A model generated the notes under the pieces. It was not told the DNA's origin and made no database searches. It saw only the letters and a list, made by a program, of their open reading frames with translations. Source: an uncultured Chlamydiae bacterium (GTDB lineage Bacteria; Chlamydiota; Chlamydiia; Chlamydiales; SM23-39). From it: a DNA stretch of 33,368 nt. How positions within the stretch are numbered: position 1 is the first letter of the stretch; the number at the start of each line of letters is the position of its first letter. The position numbers and the translations under genes are program-made. The DNA lies in the NCBI GenBank assembly GCA_937899275.1, contig CALBPE010000027.1, positions 1 through 33,368 of the forward strand, written 5' to 3'. Of this stretch, positions 16,863 through 26,846 are shown piece by piece.

Positions 16863-19121
16863 TCATCTGTTTTCATTGATTTCAGAAATATCCATTGTTA
16901 CGTTTACAATCCCTTCTTTTTCATCTGCTTCTTTATTCATATCGAATCTCAGAGTCATACGCATTTCTGTTTCTCCATTGATCTTTACGATCTGGTCTAT
17001 AGATACTGTTTTTGCAGTAGAGTCATACACTACCTCAGAAGGGGTATTCTCAATGCAGCGGATTGTAGCAGGCTTGCCTGCTTTACTGTAAGCTGCTTCT
17101 GCGTACTTTACAAATGAGCTTGGCTGCATGGAAAGCGCCTTCATTGTCCAGAATTTTTCTGTAATCGGTTTTGTATAGATCTTCGTTAATACATCTCCAA
17201 TATAAACTCTTTCATATTGGAACTCTTTTTCAAGGCTCATTTTGCTTTTGATCTGCATTTCTATGGGCCGCTCCATAGAGTATAGACACTGGAATTTTAC
17301 GCCTTGGATTACTTGCATTTCCATGATGCGCAATTCACGCTTTAGAAAATCGCTAATGGCGTTTTCTAGAGATTTATCTTCGATCTTTTCGTTGATTTTA
17401 CTTGTTAGAGCCTTGATCTTGGTGTCATTTATGCGAATTAGCCTATCGAAAATCCAATGTATCCAAGAGAAATAACGTAAAATCCCTTTTTCTTTGCACG
17501 CGGTCCAGTACTCTTTTCTCGCTTCATAGATTGCTTTTTCTTCGATATCATTAGAAATAGAGTTTATCGAATTATGCACCTGTTGTTTTATTTCATCTAA
17601 TCCGTTTTTTTCTGCGCTATTTTTCAGTGCAGTTAGGTAGGTGAGTGTTTGCTGATTCTTTTCTGATATTGAAGAAGATGCGCTATATTTCGGTTCTAAA
17701 GCCACCATATCCATCAAAAACTTTTGTGACTTGGTTAAATCGCCAGCTAAGTCCGCAGTAGTTGTACTGTACGTCAGGCTCAAACCGTCTTTTGGTTTTG
17801 CTTGTTCTACAGGTGAATGTACTGCAGGTCCCTTTTGAGATCTCGTAAGTATTTGTGTCTTAGCCCGGAGTTTTGCCTGGCGTTTCGCCTGGCGTTTCGC
17901 CTGTTCGATCCTGGCCTTCTCGGCTTCTATTTCATCAATTAGGAATCTGGGTTCAGGCACTGGGATCCAAATCCAAGGATCCTTAATTCTTTCAGATTCT
18001 CTTGGAATGCGTAGAAAAAATCTATAGCTAGATTCTTTTAGCTTTTTTTGAAAGTCCGCTGTTTGTTGATTGAGCGCAGCTATCCTTGCGTCGGTATCGA
18101 TATCGTTGACTTTGTTATTAACAATCGTGAACTTTTTCGATTTCTCTGGTAGATTAGCCATCTTTTTTTTTGAAAGGACTTCATTCTTGTCCATCTTGGC
18201 TGCTTTTGGAGGCTGGAAGCGCTCTAGAATGTTTTTTTTGGCTTCTAGATGCCGTCTAGCTCGATTACTAAGTTTTTTTCGTCTTTTCTTTCTCTTTTTT
18301 TTGCTTGATGCATCTGTTGTAGCTTTCTCTGTTGACTCAGTTTTTGGTTTAGGTGCATCTGTTTTATCGACCTCTGATGGCAAATTTATGGGTTTTTTCG
18401 AGCTTTGTTTTGAACTGACTTCATTCTTGGCGCTTGTGGGCGTTTTTGGAGGCTCTAGAATATTTCTTATGTCTTCTAGACTTAATCTATATCGCTCTTT
18501 GCATTGTTTGATCCATTTTTCCCTTCTCTTTTCTTGGTTTAAAGCATCTGTTGGAGCTGTCTCTGTTGGCTCAGTTTTTGGTTTGGGTTCATCTGTTTTA
18601 GCCTTGTCTGTTGATTTTGTCTTATCGCTCTTTAATGGCAAATCTGTGAATTTTTCGAATGCGCTGAATTCTTTTATACAGGACTTATATGATATGCTTT
18701 CGATTGTTCTACCAAAAAGAGAAGGTCGGAGTCCTTTAATAGTTTTTTTAAGGTTTTTAGTAGGCTTTTTTGTAACTCTTCGGCGTACGATAGCGTGACC
18801 AAATCCGACGTCTGCATCGTGTAGCTCTTCAGGGGCAGCTGTGTTTTGTTGAGACTTTCCAGGCAATGCTTTAGGGAACGTTGGATCAGGTGCTGTTTGG
18901 TTGTTCTGCGGCGTTTCCCGATTGACTTGTAGGGTGCCGTAACCAAAGCCAACATCTTCTGCATAAATGTGATATGCATGTGTTGTCTCTGACTGGAGGA
19001 GAGTTGTGTTCGCAGTTTTGGCGGTTTTTTCGGTTGTGGTGATCGTAGGTGTAGGTGCGTACGCTTCACCTTCAGGAACATTGAAGCCATTTCCTGATCC
19101 GTTCATATAAGTAATAGACAT
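16863..19121 (-). CDS. Lys/Thr-rich hypothetical protein, candidate type III effector with internal repeat and NLS-like tract
   Basis: 752-aa ORF with low-complexity N-terminus, a 78-aa internal duplication and KKKRKKRRKK. Confidence 0.75.
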   Translation of the reverse strand: MSITYMNGSGNGFNVPEGEAYAPTPTITTTEKTAKTANTTLLQSETTHAYHIYAEDVGFGYGTLQVNRETPQNNQTAPDPTFPKALPGKSQQNTAAPEELHDADVGFGHAIVRRRVTKKPTKNLKKTIKGLRPSLFGRTIESISYKSCIKEFSAFEKFTDLPLKSDKTKSTDKAKTDEPKPKTEPTETAPTDALNQEKRREKWIKQCKERYRLSLEDIRNILEPPKTPTSAKNEVSSKQSSKKPINLPSEVDKTDAPKPKTESTEKATTDASSKKKRKKRRKKLSNRARRHLEAKKNILERFQPPKAAKMDKNEVLSKKKMANLPEKSKKFTIVNNKVNDIDTDARIAALNQQTADFQKKLKESSYRFFLRIPRESERIKDPWIWIPVPEPRFLIDEIEAEKARIEQAKRQAKRQAKLRAKTQILTRSQKGPAVHSPVEQAKPKDGLSLTYSTTTADLAGDLTKSQKFLMDMVALEPKYSASSSISEKNQQTLTYLTALKNSAEKNGLDEIKQQVHNSINSISNDIEEKAIYEARKEYWTACKEKGILRYFSWIHWIFDRLIRINDTKIKALTSKINEKIEDKSLENAISDFLKRELRIMEMQVIQGVKFQCLYSMERPIEMQIKSKMSLEKEFQYERVYIGDVLTKIYTKPITEKFWTMKALSMQPSSFVKYAEAAYSKAGKPATIRCIENTPSEVVYDSTAKTVSIDQIVKINGETEMRMTLRFDMNKEADEKEGIVNVTMDISEINENR
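17875..17903. repeat. 12-bp tandem repeat GCCTGGCGTTTC x2.4 (QAKR repeats)
   Basis: Directly visible. Confidence 0.85.
18310..18602. repeat. Intragenic repeat with 234-bp period (18310-18369 similar to 18544-18602)
   Basis: GCATCTGTTG(T/G)AGCT(T/G)TCTCTGTTG(A/G)CTCAGTTTTTGGTTT occurs twice. Confidence 0.85.
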
Positions 19122-19143
19122 AAAAATTCCCTTTTTTAAATAA

Positions 19144-19172
19144 ATTATATAACAAATATGAATAAAAGTAAA
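19144..19172 (-). promoter_or_regulatory. Putative sigma66/70 promoter for 16863..19121
   Basis: TTTACT-N17-TATAAT on the minus strand in an AT-rich intergenic region. Confidence 0.45.
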
Positions 19173-19275
19173 GTTTTTATTATATAATTATAAAAACTAA
19201 TTTTAATTTATTTTTTATATAGTTCTTAAATTAAAGAGATTGGGTAGAAATGATCGAAAAAAAGCGCTTTATGCC

Positions 19276-20805
19276 TTAAGATGTAATCTCAAACTCTATT
19301 TCTTTTGTTTCGAAATTTATTGAAAATTGCGCCTGTTTGTTGTGAGCGCGCTCACCAGTTAGGGCAAAAGTTGCCGAGATCGTTTTTTGGGCTTCATCGT
19401 ATATAACGTGGCTATTGTCCAGAACAATGGTTGGCCTACAATTGAGGGGAAAGGGTTCTAAAAGCATTTCTGGAGCTTTTAGCAGCGCAATAATCCAAAA
19501 TTGATGAGACTCAGGTATAGCGGTTATAGCATCTTTTAGAGAGATTTCATCTTTTTCGGGGTTTTCTTTTACGACTTTTTTAGAGTCTAATTTATCGCCA
19601 AAATTTGCCAGCTGAAATAAAGGCATGTCTGTGATTTGCTCGTGTAAGAAAGAAGTATGCAGTGCTTTGGCCTGAGCATTTAAGGAGTATTTTAGAAATT
19701 GGGTGATTTCTGCATGTAAAGACCTTTGTTTGAGGCGCGCTGATCTTGCTACAAGGCAGAGTATCAGGTATGGTATAAACAGAAGTAGCTTTGTCCAAAG
19801 AGCGCTTTTCCAACTATTTAATGTGGTTTCTTTTTCTCTTTGCTTGGGAAGCTCCTTTGTTTTGTCTATCAGTGATTTCTTGATAACTGCAAAGTCTGCG
19901 GTTAATTGAGGCGAAGGATTAGATTGTGATAAGAAATTTTCTACAGGTGCCAAGCGGTTGAGCACCTCATCTTCTGTAATGAGGCGGTTTTTTTGTAATT
20001 CTTCTTGAAGAGCGTTGAGTGCCATGAGCGCTTTTCCTAAAGGAGAGCTATAGTTATTTAAGCTCTGCATTAGCACGTGAGAATAGTTCATAATATCTGA
20101 ATGGTAAGCGTAGCTACCTAAACTTTGTATGGATGCATCACTACCTCTTCTTGATCTAGCAAAAGCAAAAGACTCGTTGGGAAACAGGCTCGATAAAAAT
20201 CCTAAAGGGTCTGATGAAGGAGGCGTTGGAGAAGGCAATCTACTCCAGGAACGTTCCCCTGCCCCGGAGAACTCTAGTTCTTCATTAAAAGGCTCTTCCT
20301 CGAAAGGCTCTTCCTCGATAGGTATATAGGTATATTCTCCGTGCCAAGAAGAGGGTAAATCAAGAGCCGGTTCTTCGTGTTTTTCTTTGTTTTTGTCCGC
20401 ATTATATTTTGCTTTTTCCGTATTCAGCTTAGTAGAGTGGCCAGCATAAGAGCTATTATAGGGGGCGTAATCAGGTTGTGTCACTCCTGTCCATTTCGCT
20501 ATTTTTACGATAGTATTTTTTGTTTTTGACTGAAGTTGTTTAGGTGCTACTTTTGGAGCTACGGCTTGCGGGAAATCTTTGATGAGATCTATTTCTTGAG
20601 GAGCAGTAATATCAGAGAATCTAGACAAAGTAGCATTCGCTGTAGGGATAGAAGCATTTGCCTTAGAGAAAGAAGCAGCAGTCGTTTGAAATGCCTCCAC
20701 TGCTACTTGCTGGGTTTTGTCTTGTAAAGCGCTACCATCTGATGGTTGAGCCGGTGGTTTATTCGTTGTTATAGACAATGATGTATTTGATACTATAATA
20801 GACAA
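19276..20805 (-). CDS. Hypothetical protein with one hydrophobic helix; candidate effector, C-terminally related to 16863..19121
   Basis: TTG at 20805 (MSIIVSNTS...) follows RBS AAGGGAG. The ORF-track start at 20856 lies inside the predicted -35 box. Hydrophobic segment LLLFIPYLILCLVA. Confidence 0.7.
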   Translation of the reverse strand: MSIIVSNTSLSITTNKPPAQPSDGSALQDKTQQVAVEAFQTTAASFSKANASIPTANATLSRFSDITAPQEIDLIKDFPQAVAPKVAPKQLQSKTKNTIVKIAKWTGVTQPDYAPYNSSYAGHSTKLNTEKAKYNADKNKEKHEEPALDLPSSWHGEYTYIPIEEEPFEEEPFNEELEFSGAGERSWSRLPSPTPPSSDPLGFLSSLFPNESFAFARSRRGSDASIQSLGSYAYHSDIMNYSHVLMQSLNNYSSPLGKALMALNALQEELQKNRLITEDEVLNRLAPVENFLSQSNPSPQLTADFAVIKKSLIDKTKELPKQREKETTLNSWKSALWTKLLLFIPYLILCLVARSARLKQRSLHAEITQFLKYSLNAQAKALHTSFLHEQITDMPLFQLANFGDKLDSKKVVKENPEKDEISLKDAITAIPESHQFWIIALLKAPEMLLEPFPLNCRPTIVLDNSHVIYDEAQKTISATFALTGERAHNKQAQFSINFETKEIEFEITS

Positions 20806-20827
20806 AATACACTCTCCCTTTTCATAT

Positions 20828-20856
20828 ATTATAGCATATTTTTTATTAAAAAACAA
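20828..20856 (-). promoter_or_regulatory. Putative sigma66/70 promoter with extended -10
   Basis: TTGTTT-N17(ending TGC)-TATAAT on the minus strand. Confidence 0.55.
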
Positions 20857-20864
20857 TTATTAGA

Positions 20865-22211
20865 CTAAATAGTTAGTTCAATAATAGACCCAGTGATTTT
20901 AGGATCTTTTAAGATGGAAATCGTTGATTCTGCGACTGTTACGGGAGAAAGGAGGGTTTTAGGGTCTTCTCCGGGGAAATTAGTAAAGCGCATTTTGGTT
21001 GAGCATCTTGGAGGGACAAGTGTATTGATACGTAGGCTAGGTTCTTCGTCTGCAAGGGCTTCTGTGAAGTTGACTACAGCTGCTTTACAAGCAGAATAAA
21101 TCCCATACCCACTTCTTCCTCGAGAAAAAGAAGAGGAAGCAAAATTGATGATGTGGCCGCCAGGTTTAATTTTTGCAGATTTGCAGGAGTAAATGACGCC
21201 GCGAAGGTTGATGTTGATGAGCTGTTCAATATCTGCAGAGGAAAGTTTTTTTAAAGAGTTAATAGTTAGGTAGCCTGCAGTGTTGATCAGTCCATCCACT
21301 TCTCCCATATCGGCGTAAATCTGGGAAAGAGCTTTTTTGATGGTATCGGGATTTTCTAAATCAATAGGGTAGGGAGTAGAGGATCTAGATAAAGGAATAG
21401 CAATCGCTTTTTCTTTGGCAAGAAGAGCTAGTACTTCTTTACCGATGCCTCCTGTAGCTCCGATGACGATGTAGCGTTTATTTTCTAAAGAAACGGCTTC
21501 TTGAGGAACGGTTTTTTTCTTGGATAAGAGATGGGTAGCGATTTCTAAATCGCTTTCGTTGGTGACTTTAAGGTTTTTATAAGATCCTTCGACGGTGTGT
21601 ACGTTTTTTCCTAAGGCAAGTACAAGAGAGCAGTCATCTGTTGCATCGACTTGCCCTTTTTGTCGCGCCTTTTCATGCGCTTTTTCGATGAGGGGGTATA
21701 AAAATGTTTGAGGCGTTTGACCGATGAGATAATGGCTCCGTTTGGGTATCTGCAGGGTATGTGGAGAAATGCGCTCTATATCTTCGGCCGGCTCTTCTAT
21801 TTGTAAAATGGTATCGGTGGGAAAAACGCAGGTATTGACCGCTTCTTTTTCCCCTACGAATAAAAGGTGTTTTTGGATGATCTTTGGATCAAGAAAAGGG
21901 CGGACGGCGTCATGGATGATTAAGATGTCGGTACGCGCCTTTTGTACAGCTAAGTAAGAGGACTCTTGCCGGGTTTTACCGCCGGGGATCACTGCGCAAT
22001 TTGGATAAAGCTTTTGTACTTCTTCTACCCAATCTGCATGGCATACTAATAAAATGGAGTCGATTTCTTGCATGGATAGGAAAATCTCTACCGTGTAGCG
22101 GTAGAGCTCTTTACCGTTGATTCTGTGGAACTGCTTGGGTTTATCGATTCCTATTCTCAGGCCACTTCCTGCCATGAGAAGGGCTGCTGTTACATGCTTT
22201 TTCTGGTACAT
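20865..22211 (-). CDS. Bifunctional IspD/TarI-type cytidylyltransferase plus SDR reductase (Bcs1-like)
   Basis: N-domain AGSGLR..PKQF, GGKTRQES, IHDAVRPF, QTPQ, TDD, NLKVT. C-domain GATGGIG, NTAG, YSACK. Confidence 0.88.
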   Translation of the reverse strand: MYQKKHVTAALLMAGSGLRIGIDKPKQFHRINGKELYRYTVEIFLSMQEIDSILLVCHADWVEEVQKLYPNCAVIPGGKTRQESSYLAVQKARTDILIIHDAVRPFLDPKIIQKHLLFVGEKEAVNTCVFPTDTILQIEEPAEDIERISPHTLQIPKRSHYLIGQTPQTFLYPLIEKAHEKARQKGQVDATDDCSLVLALGKNVHTVEGSYKNLKVTNESDLEIATHLLSKKKTVPQEAVSLENKRYIVIGATGGIGKEVLALLAKEKAIAIPLSRSSTPYPIDLENPDTIKKALSQIYADMGEVDGLINTAGYLTINSLKKLSSADIEQLININLRGVIYSCKSAKIKPGGHIINFASSSFSRGRSGYGIYSACKAAVVNFTEALADEEPSLRINTLVPPRCSTKMRFTNFPGEDPKTLLSPVTVAESTISILKDPKITGSIIELTI

Positions 22212-22502
22212 AAAGGAGCCTTATTTCTATCAAAAGTAATACCATGGTTTGAGGATGTATTCAAATGCATTCTGACAAAAATAAGGCTCAAACAAAATTA
22301 GCCCCCTTGTTATAAACGGTTCGCGGGTTTTTTATCCATTTTTCCACTCGTTTATTTTATGCAGTTTAGCATAAAGCCCTTTACGGCAAACAAAATTTGG
22401 GGCATGTTGAGGTTGTAGGCGTCTTTACAGAATATTATATAGTTAGAAATCTGCTGGATAGATGTAGTATATTTTGAAATGAACAACAGCTACGAGGAGT
22501 AT

Positions 22503-23354
22503 ATGAGATTACATAAAGGGAAAAATGCAGTTTTCATTTGGATAAAAATAAGCCTTTCTATTCTACTATTTGGCGCTTTTTGCTTGCCTTACTCTCTTGT
22601 GGCTGTAGAAGAGAATAAAGGCTTTTCCACATACAACTCGTTTGAGGCTCCTTTAGAAAATACCCTTTATCTCGGCCCTATACTTTCTTATCTGTCGATA
22701 GAAAATAGGGAAGATGCGCAGGCGCTTCTTCCAAAAGAAGAGTTTCACGGTCTTGTTGCAGGAGCAAAAGTAGGCTACTCTTACCTTGGTAAGGGAGGGT
22801 TTTACGCTTCTTTGCAAACAAAGTTTTTAGCGGGGACGCTTACAGAAGATATAGATGCTAATGCCAGAAAGCTGCATCCTTTTTCCTCTTCTAGCGCGTG
22901 TAGACTCGGATTTGCCTATCAAGGGCTACAAGGACAAGATATTGTAGTGATACCCTATGCAGGGCTTGGATTTTCTTTTTTCTCAGAGAAGATGCAGCAG
23001 GTGCAAAAAAATTATTACACTACGTTTTTGCCTGTGGGATTTTTAGTGACCTACCGCCCGCTAGAGATGTTTTCCATAGGCTTTCGTTTGGAGTGGTTTC
23101 CCGACTTAGACGCGGTTGTAGAAGCTTCTGAAACTTTGGATAAATCCCTGTTGGTGTTATCGAGAGATACAGTTCAACTCCGTGTTGATTTTCCTCTGAC
23201 TATCCGTTCAGGCAATTATATGGCTTTGTCTATTGTCCCTTTTTGGCAAAAAGTAGGAACCAAAGGAGTAGATAGTTTATCGGTTCCTTTAACGATTCCA
23301 GAAAAACGGAGAGTGTATTGGGGCTCTAACCTACAACTAGCTCTCTTTTTTTAA
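22503..23354 (+). CDS. Putative outer-membrane beta-barrel protein
   Basis: Signal peptide, alternating amphipathic Gly/aromatic strands and a C-terminal Phe. RBS GAGGAG before the ATG at 22503. Confidence 0.6.
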   Translation: MRLHKGKNAVFIWIKISLSILLFGAFCLPYSLVAVEENKGFSTYNSFEAPLENTLYLGPILSYLSIENREDAQALLPKEEFHGLVAGAKVGYSYLGKGGFYASLQTKFLAGTLTEDIDANARKLHPFSSSSACRLGFAYQGLQGQDIVVIPYAGLGFSFFSEKMQQVQKNYYTTFLPVGFLVTYRPLEMFSIGFRLEWFPDLDAVVEASETLDKSLLVLSRDTVQLRVDFPLTIRSGNYMALSIVPFWQKVGTKGVDSLSVPLTIPEKRRVYWGSNLQLALFF

Positions 23355-23358
23355 AAAA

Positions 23359-24000
23359 CTACAAAGAATTTGGCAAGCGGTCTCGAAGTTTATGCTCAAT
23401 ATCGCTGTAGAATTTCCCCTGACGAACGACTGTGTTCTTGCCCATATACCAGTTATCTTTCATTTGCAAATAGATCCATATTTAATCGATAGCAAAAAAA
23501 AAGGACTCCTCAAACGAGGTGCGGTTCCAAAGAAGCTCGTAGCTTTTCATAAAAGAGGCGCGAAGGGTATCTATATACCGGCTTTCTAGGGCGTAGGCAT
23601 GTGCGCAAGAAGAGGACAGCACCCGTTTAATCATGGGATCTTTTGTGGGCTCGGTGCGATACGGGCTTGTCCCTAGAAAAAATAGATCCCAAGGATGTTT
23701 TTCGCTGAAATTGATGAACTGACGGATGTATGCACCTGTTTTTTCTGCAGATGTGAGGAATACCACATCATCTTCTAAAATCAGGAAACGCTCGTAGCCG
23801 CAAGCTTTAGCGTGGTCTAACGCAAGAATATGGCTAAGCGCGCATCCTCTAGATCCGTTGATCGATGGTTTTGCTTCGATCCTTGTGATCAAGGAAGGGG
23901 GAACGTTTTGGTTTTGTAGCTCGCGTTTGATCGATGTTTTTCTATCTACCCTTTCTGGTAAATTGATGTAGAGGATTTGATCAAAATAGTCCCAGCTCAT
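23359..24000 (-). pseudogene. Glycosyltransferase family 25, interrupted by an in-frame TAA at 23482-23484
   Basis: YINLPERVDR, GCALSH, ILEDD and AHAY motifs. The frame continues AID*IWIYLQMKDNWY...QGKFYSDIE to a TAG at 23359, matching the usual GT25 tail. Confidence 0.8.
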
Positions 24001-24156
24001 ATCTGCCTTAATTCAATTTTCTTATACTCTTGCCCTCTGTATAAATGCAAAAATAGTTTTGCTGCCTATTGTCTTACATAGCGGTAGTAGACAAAAAAAT
24101 CTTGAAGCCGTACTTTGCTGTAATACATATACTATATTTTTTAAGGAGCCTTTTTC

Positions 24157-24786
24157 ATGCGATTATATTCACTCTTGCAAAAAGCGCACTACTTGTGTTT
24201 GTGGTGCTTGACTGTACTCTTTTTATGTTATCCCGCGGTAGGATCAGCGCTCTATGTAGCCATGAGCAAACAAGTAGAGCCTTATGAGAAAAATGTCTAT
24301 GGCAAAAAACCGGAGCGCCCCTCTCGTTCTGTTGCAAAACGAAAAGCGAAAAAACTCTCCTCGTACAGGGACTTTCGTATGGGACCTGGAAGAAGTAGCC
24401 GCAGTTTTGGTCAGTATAGTTTAGAAGATGAACGGCTCAATCCGGAATAATACGATATGGCGGGAAGAAAACAACGGGCAAAGCAGGAAAAGCTAACCGA
24501 CGAGCCCGATCGCTTTACAGGAGATATGGATGAATATGGACGTAAAGTAAGGCAAGAGCCGCAACAAGAGCTCACAGATGAAGAGTCTTCCCAAGCAGAA
24601 GACCGGTTTTTTACAGAACTCGATGAATCGGGCCGCGTACTGCGCGAAGAAAATACCGAAGAAGACGTTCTGACAGCAGATGATGATGATGAATACATTG
24701 AGTATGAAGATGAGACCATCCAAGCGGAAAATGCTGAACAATACGATGAAAAAGAGGTGGTAGATGCAGAGGAGGAAGAAGCCTAA
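24157..24786 (+). pseudogene. Acidic repeat protein with N-terminal hydrophobic segment, probably one gene split by TAA at 24448-24450 (or two small CDS)
   Basis: 24157..24450 and 24457..24786 are in frame (PE*YDMAGR). The repeat motif D..GR recurs three times, and the first copy spans the stop. Confidence 0.55.
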
Positions 24787-24854
24787 ACTCTTTACAAAGG
24801 AGGGTTTTTTCTGCGATGATGTAGGGCAAAAAGGTGGTTTTTTTGTCCCAAAAT

Positions 24855-26090
24855 ATGCCCAACTCAAAACCTGCGAATGCAGCTAGAAAATACGCTATTT
24901 TAGCTGCAGAAAATTTCGCTGCTGTTCCCATTCATGAAGCGTTGCAAAAAGCGCCTTTAACGGCGCAAGAAAGCGCTTTAGCAAGGGAAATTGCAGCGGG
25001 TATGGTAAGAAGGCTTCTTACCATCAAGTACTTTGCAAGAAAGCTCCACAAAACCCTTCGCCTCAACAGGAGAGAAAAAGCGCTTTTATTTTCTGCTATT
25101 TATCAATATGTGTTTATGGATAGCATTCCCACGTATGCTATTATCGATGAAACCATGTTGATTGCTAAGGAGTGGTTTGGGCAAAAAAAAGCCCGATTTT
25201 TCTATGCGATTTTGCAAAAGCTCTCCGACTTAGACTTAAGCGTTCCTGGGAAAAATACCGCGTATGACCTTTCTCTTCGCCTTTCTTACCCTCCCTACTT
25301 CATCAAAAAAATGCTTGAGGAATATGGCGTAAAAAAGACCATCTCTCTTTTAGATATCATGAATATGCCCTCGGCACTCAATCTGCGTATTCGGAAAAAC
25401 CTCAAGGAAAAGCCGGCAGATCCTTTGCGGCTTAAAAAGAAAAAAAGGTTGTATGGGCAGGTCTTTAGCGCCTCTTTTGATCCTTGTCTTACAGACAGAT
25501 CAGATGTCTATATCCAAAATGTGACTCCTTGTTATCTTTTTGATGCGCTTCGTAAAGGTTATCGAAAACAGCCTACAAGCATTTTAGATTTATGCGCATC
25601 GCCTGGAGGTAAGCTTTTACTATTTCACTACGCTTTTCCCGAAGCGAAGTTACATGCAAATGATGTATCGAGAAAGAAGATAGAGCGCCTGCAACAAAAC
25701 CTGGCTAAATACCACGTTGCAGCGGTTACAACAGAACAAAGAGGAGAGGAGTTTCAGTCGAAGGAAAAATATGACTTGATTATTATCGACGCACCTTGTA
25801 GTAATTCAGGTGTTTATCACAAAAGGGCAGAGGCAAGGTGGCGTTTTACTCGAGAAGTTTTAGAAGAGCTGAGCGATCTCCAAGCAGCTTTACTAGAAAA
25901 TAGCGTAAGGTACTTGCAAGAAGGTGGGGAAATTTGGTATATGACTTGCGCGATTTTACACGAAGAGAATGAAGAGACTCTACACTTTGCGAACACCTTG
26001 GGCCTTACATGCAGAACACAAGAAAAAATACTTCCAAACGAAAAAGGATGGGACGGAGGATTTGCAGCGGCTTTTGTATACAACAATTGA
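24855..26090 (+). CDS. rsmB: 16S rRNA m5C methyltransferase RsmB/Sun with NusB-like N-domain
   Basis: ILDLCASPGGK, DAPCSNSG and YMTC...EENE motifs. Start uncertain (24834 or 24855). Confidence 0.85.
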   Translation: MPNSKPANAARKYAILAAENFAAVPIHEALQKAPLTAQESALAREIAAGMVRRLLTIKYFARKLHKTLRLNRREKALLFSAIYQYVFMDSIPTYAIIDETMLIAKEWFGQKKARFFYAILQKLSDLDLSVPGKNTAYDLSLRLSYPPYFIKKMLEEYGVKKTISLLDIMNMPSALNLRIRKNLKEKPADPLRLKKKKRLYGQVFSASFDPCLTDRSDVYIQNVTPCYLFDALRKGYRKQPTSILDLCASPGGKLLLFHYAFPEAKLHANDVSRKKIERLQQNLAKYHVAAVTTEQRGEEFQSKEKYDLIIIDAPCSNSGVYHKRAEARWRFTREVLEELSDLQAALLENSVRYLQEGGEIWYMTCAILHEENEETLHFANTLGLTCRTQEKILPNEKGWDGGFAAAFVYNN

Positions 26091-26099
26091 GGCTGTAAA

Positions 26100-26846
26100 T
26101 TGAAAAAACGGGATGTTTCCTATCATACTTTTTCCGTTTTTTCTCCTTTTAAAGAGATTACAGCCCGCGTCTATCAAAGGCATGGAGGGTTTAGTAAAAA
26201 GCCGTATGCGTCTTTAAACGGATCGTTTGTTGTAGGAGACTTTCCTTCCCATGTGGAAAAAAACCGCAGGCTAGTACAAGAGGATCTCGGAGTAAAGGCC
26301 CTCTATTTTTCTCAATTGAGTCATGGCAGCGAGATCTCTGAGCTGAAAACAGCGGATGATCCGCCCCCTGCAGCAGATGGGGTTGTTACCGCATCTGCAG
26401 ATATTGCCCTTGCTATGACGCATGCAGATTGTCAAATCGGATTTTTTTTTCATCCTCAAAGCAGCTACATCGGTTTAGTCCATGCAGGCTGGCGGGGGAT
26501 GATCCATAATTTTTATGGGAAGATGGCCCGTTATCTCGCATCTGTAGGAGCTCCTGCAAAAGAGCTGTACGTGGGGATATCTGCCAGCATAGGGCCAGAC
26601 CATGCCATTTATCCAAATTACCCGATATTTCCGAAAAGGTGGCAAAGCTACCATGTCGGAAAAAACAAAATCGATTTTTGGCAAATGGCAAAAGACCAGC
26701 TCATAGAAGCAGGTGTGCAAAAACAGCGGATTGAGCTTGATACAACCTGCACTGTATGTAGCAGGGACTACTTTTCTTATAGAAGAGACGGTGATACGGG
26801 TAGATCAATCTCTGTCATCAGGAGAAAACGCGATGCAGATCATTGA
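26100..26846 (+). CDS. pgeF: PgeF/YfiH laccase-domain protein
   Basis: GGFSKKPYASLN, HADC, HAGWRG, FSYRR and TGR motifs. Confidence 0.88.
   Translation: MKKRDVSYHTFSVFSPFKEITARVYQRHGGFSKKPYASLNGSFVVGDFPSHVEKNRRLVQEDLGVKALYFSQLSHGSEISELKTADDPPPAADGVVTASADIALAMTHADCQIGFFFHPQSSYIGLVHAGWRGMIHNFYGKMARYLASVGAPAKELYVGISASIGPDHAIYPNYPIFPKRWQSYHVGKNKIDFWQMAKDQLIEAGVQKQRIELDTTCTVCSRDYFSYRRDGDTGRSISVIRRKRDADH

Noticed and set aside
18070..18798. 242-aa hydrophobic plus-strand ORF
   Set aside because: It is the antisense shadow of the Lys-rich 752-aa gene; Phe/Leu richness mirrors AAA codons. The same applies to the other short antisense ORFs over rpsB, tsf, frr, suf and rml.
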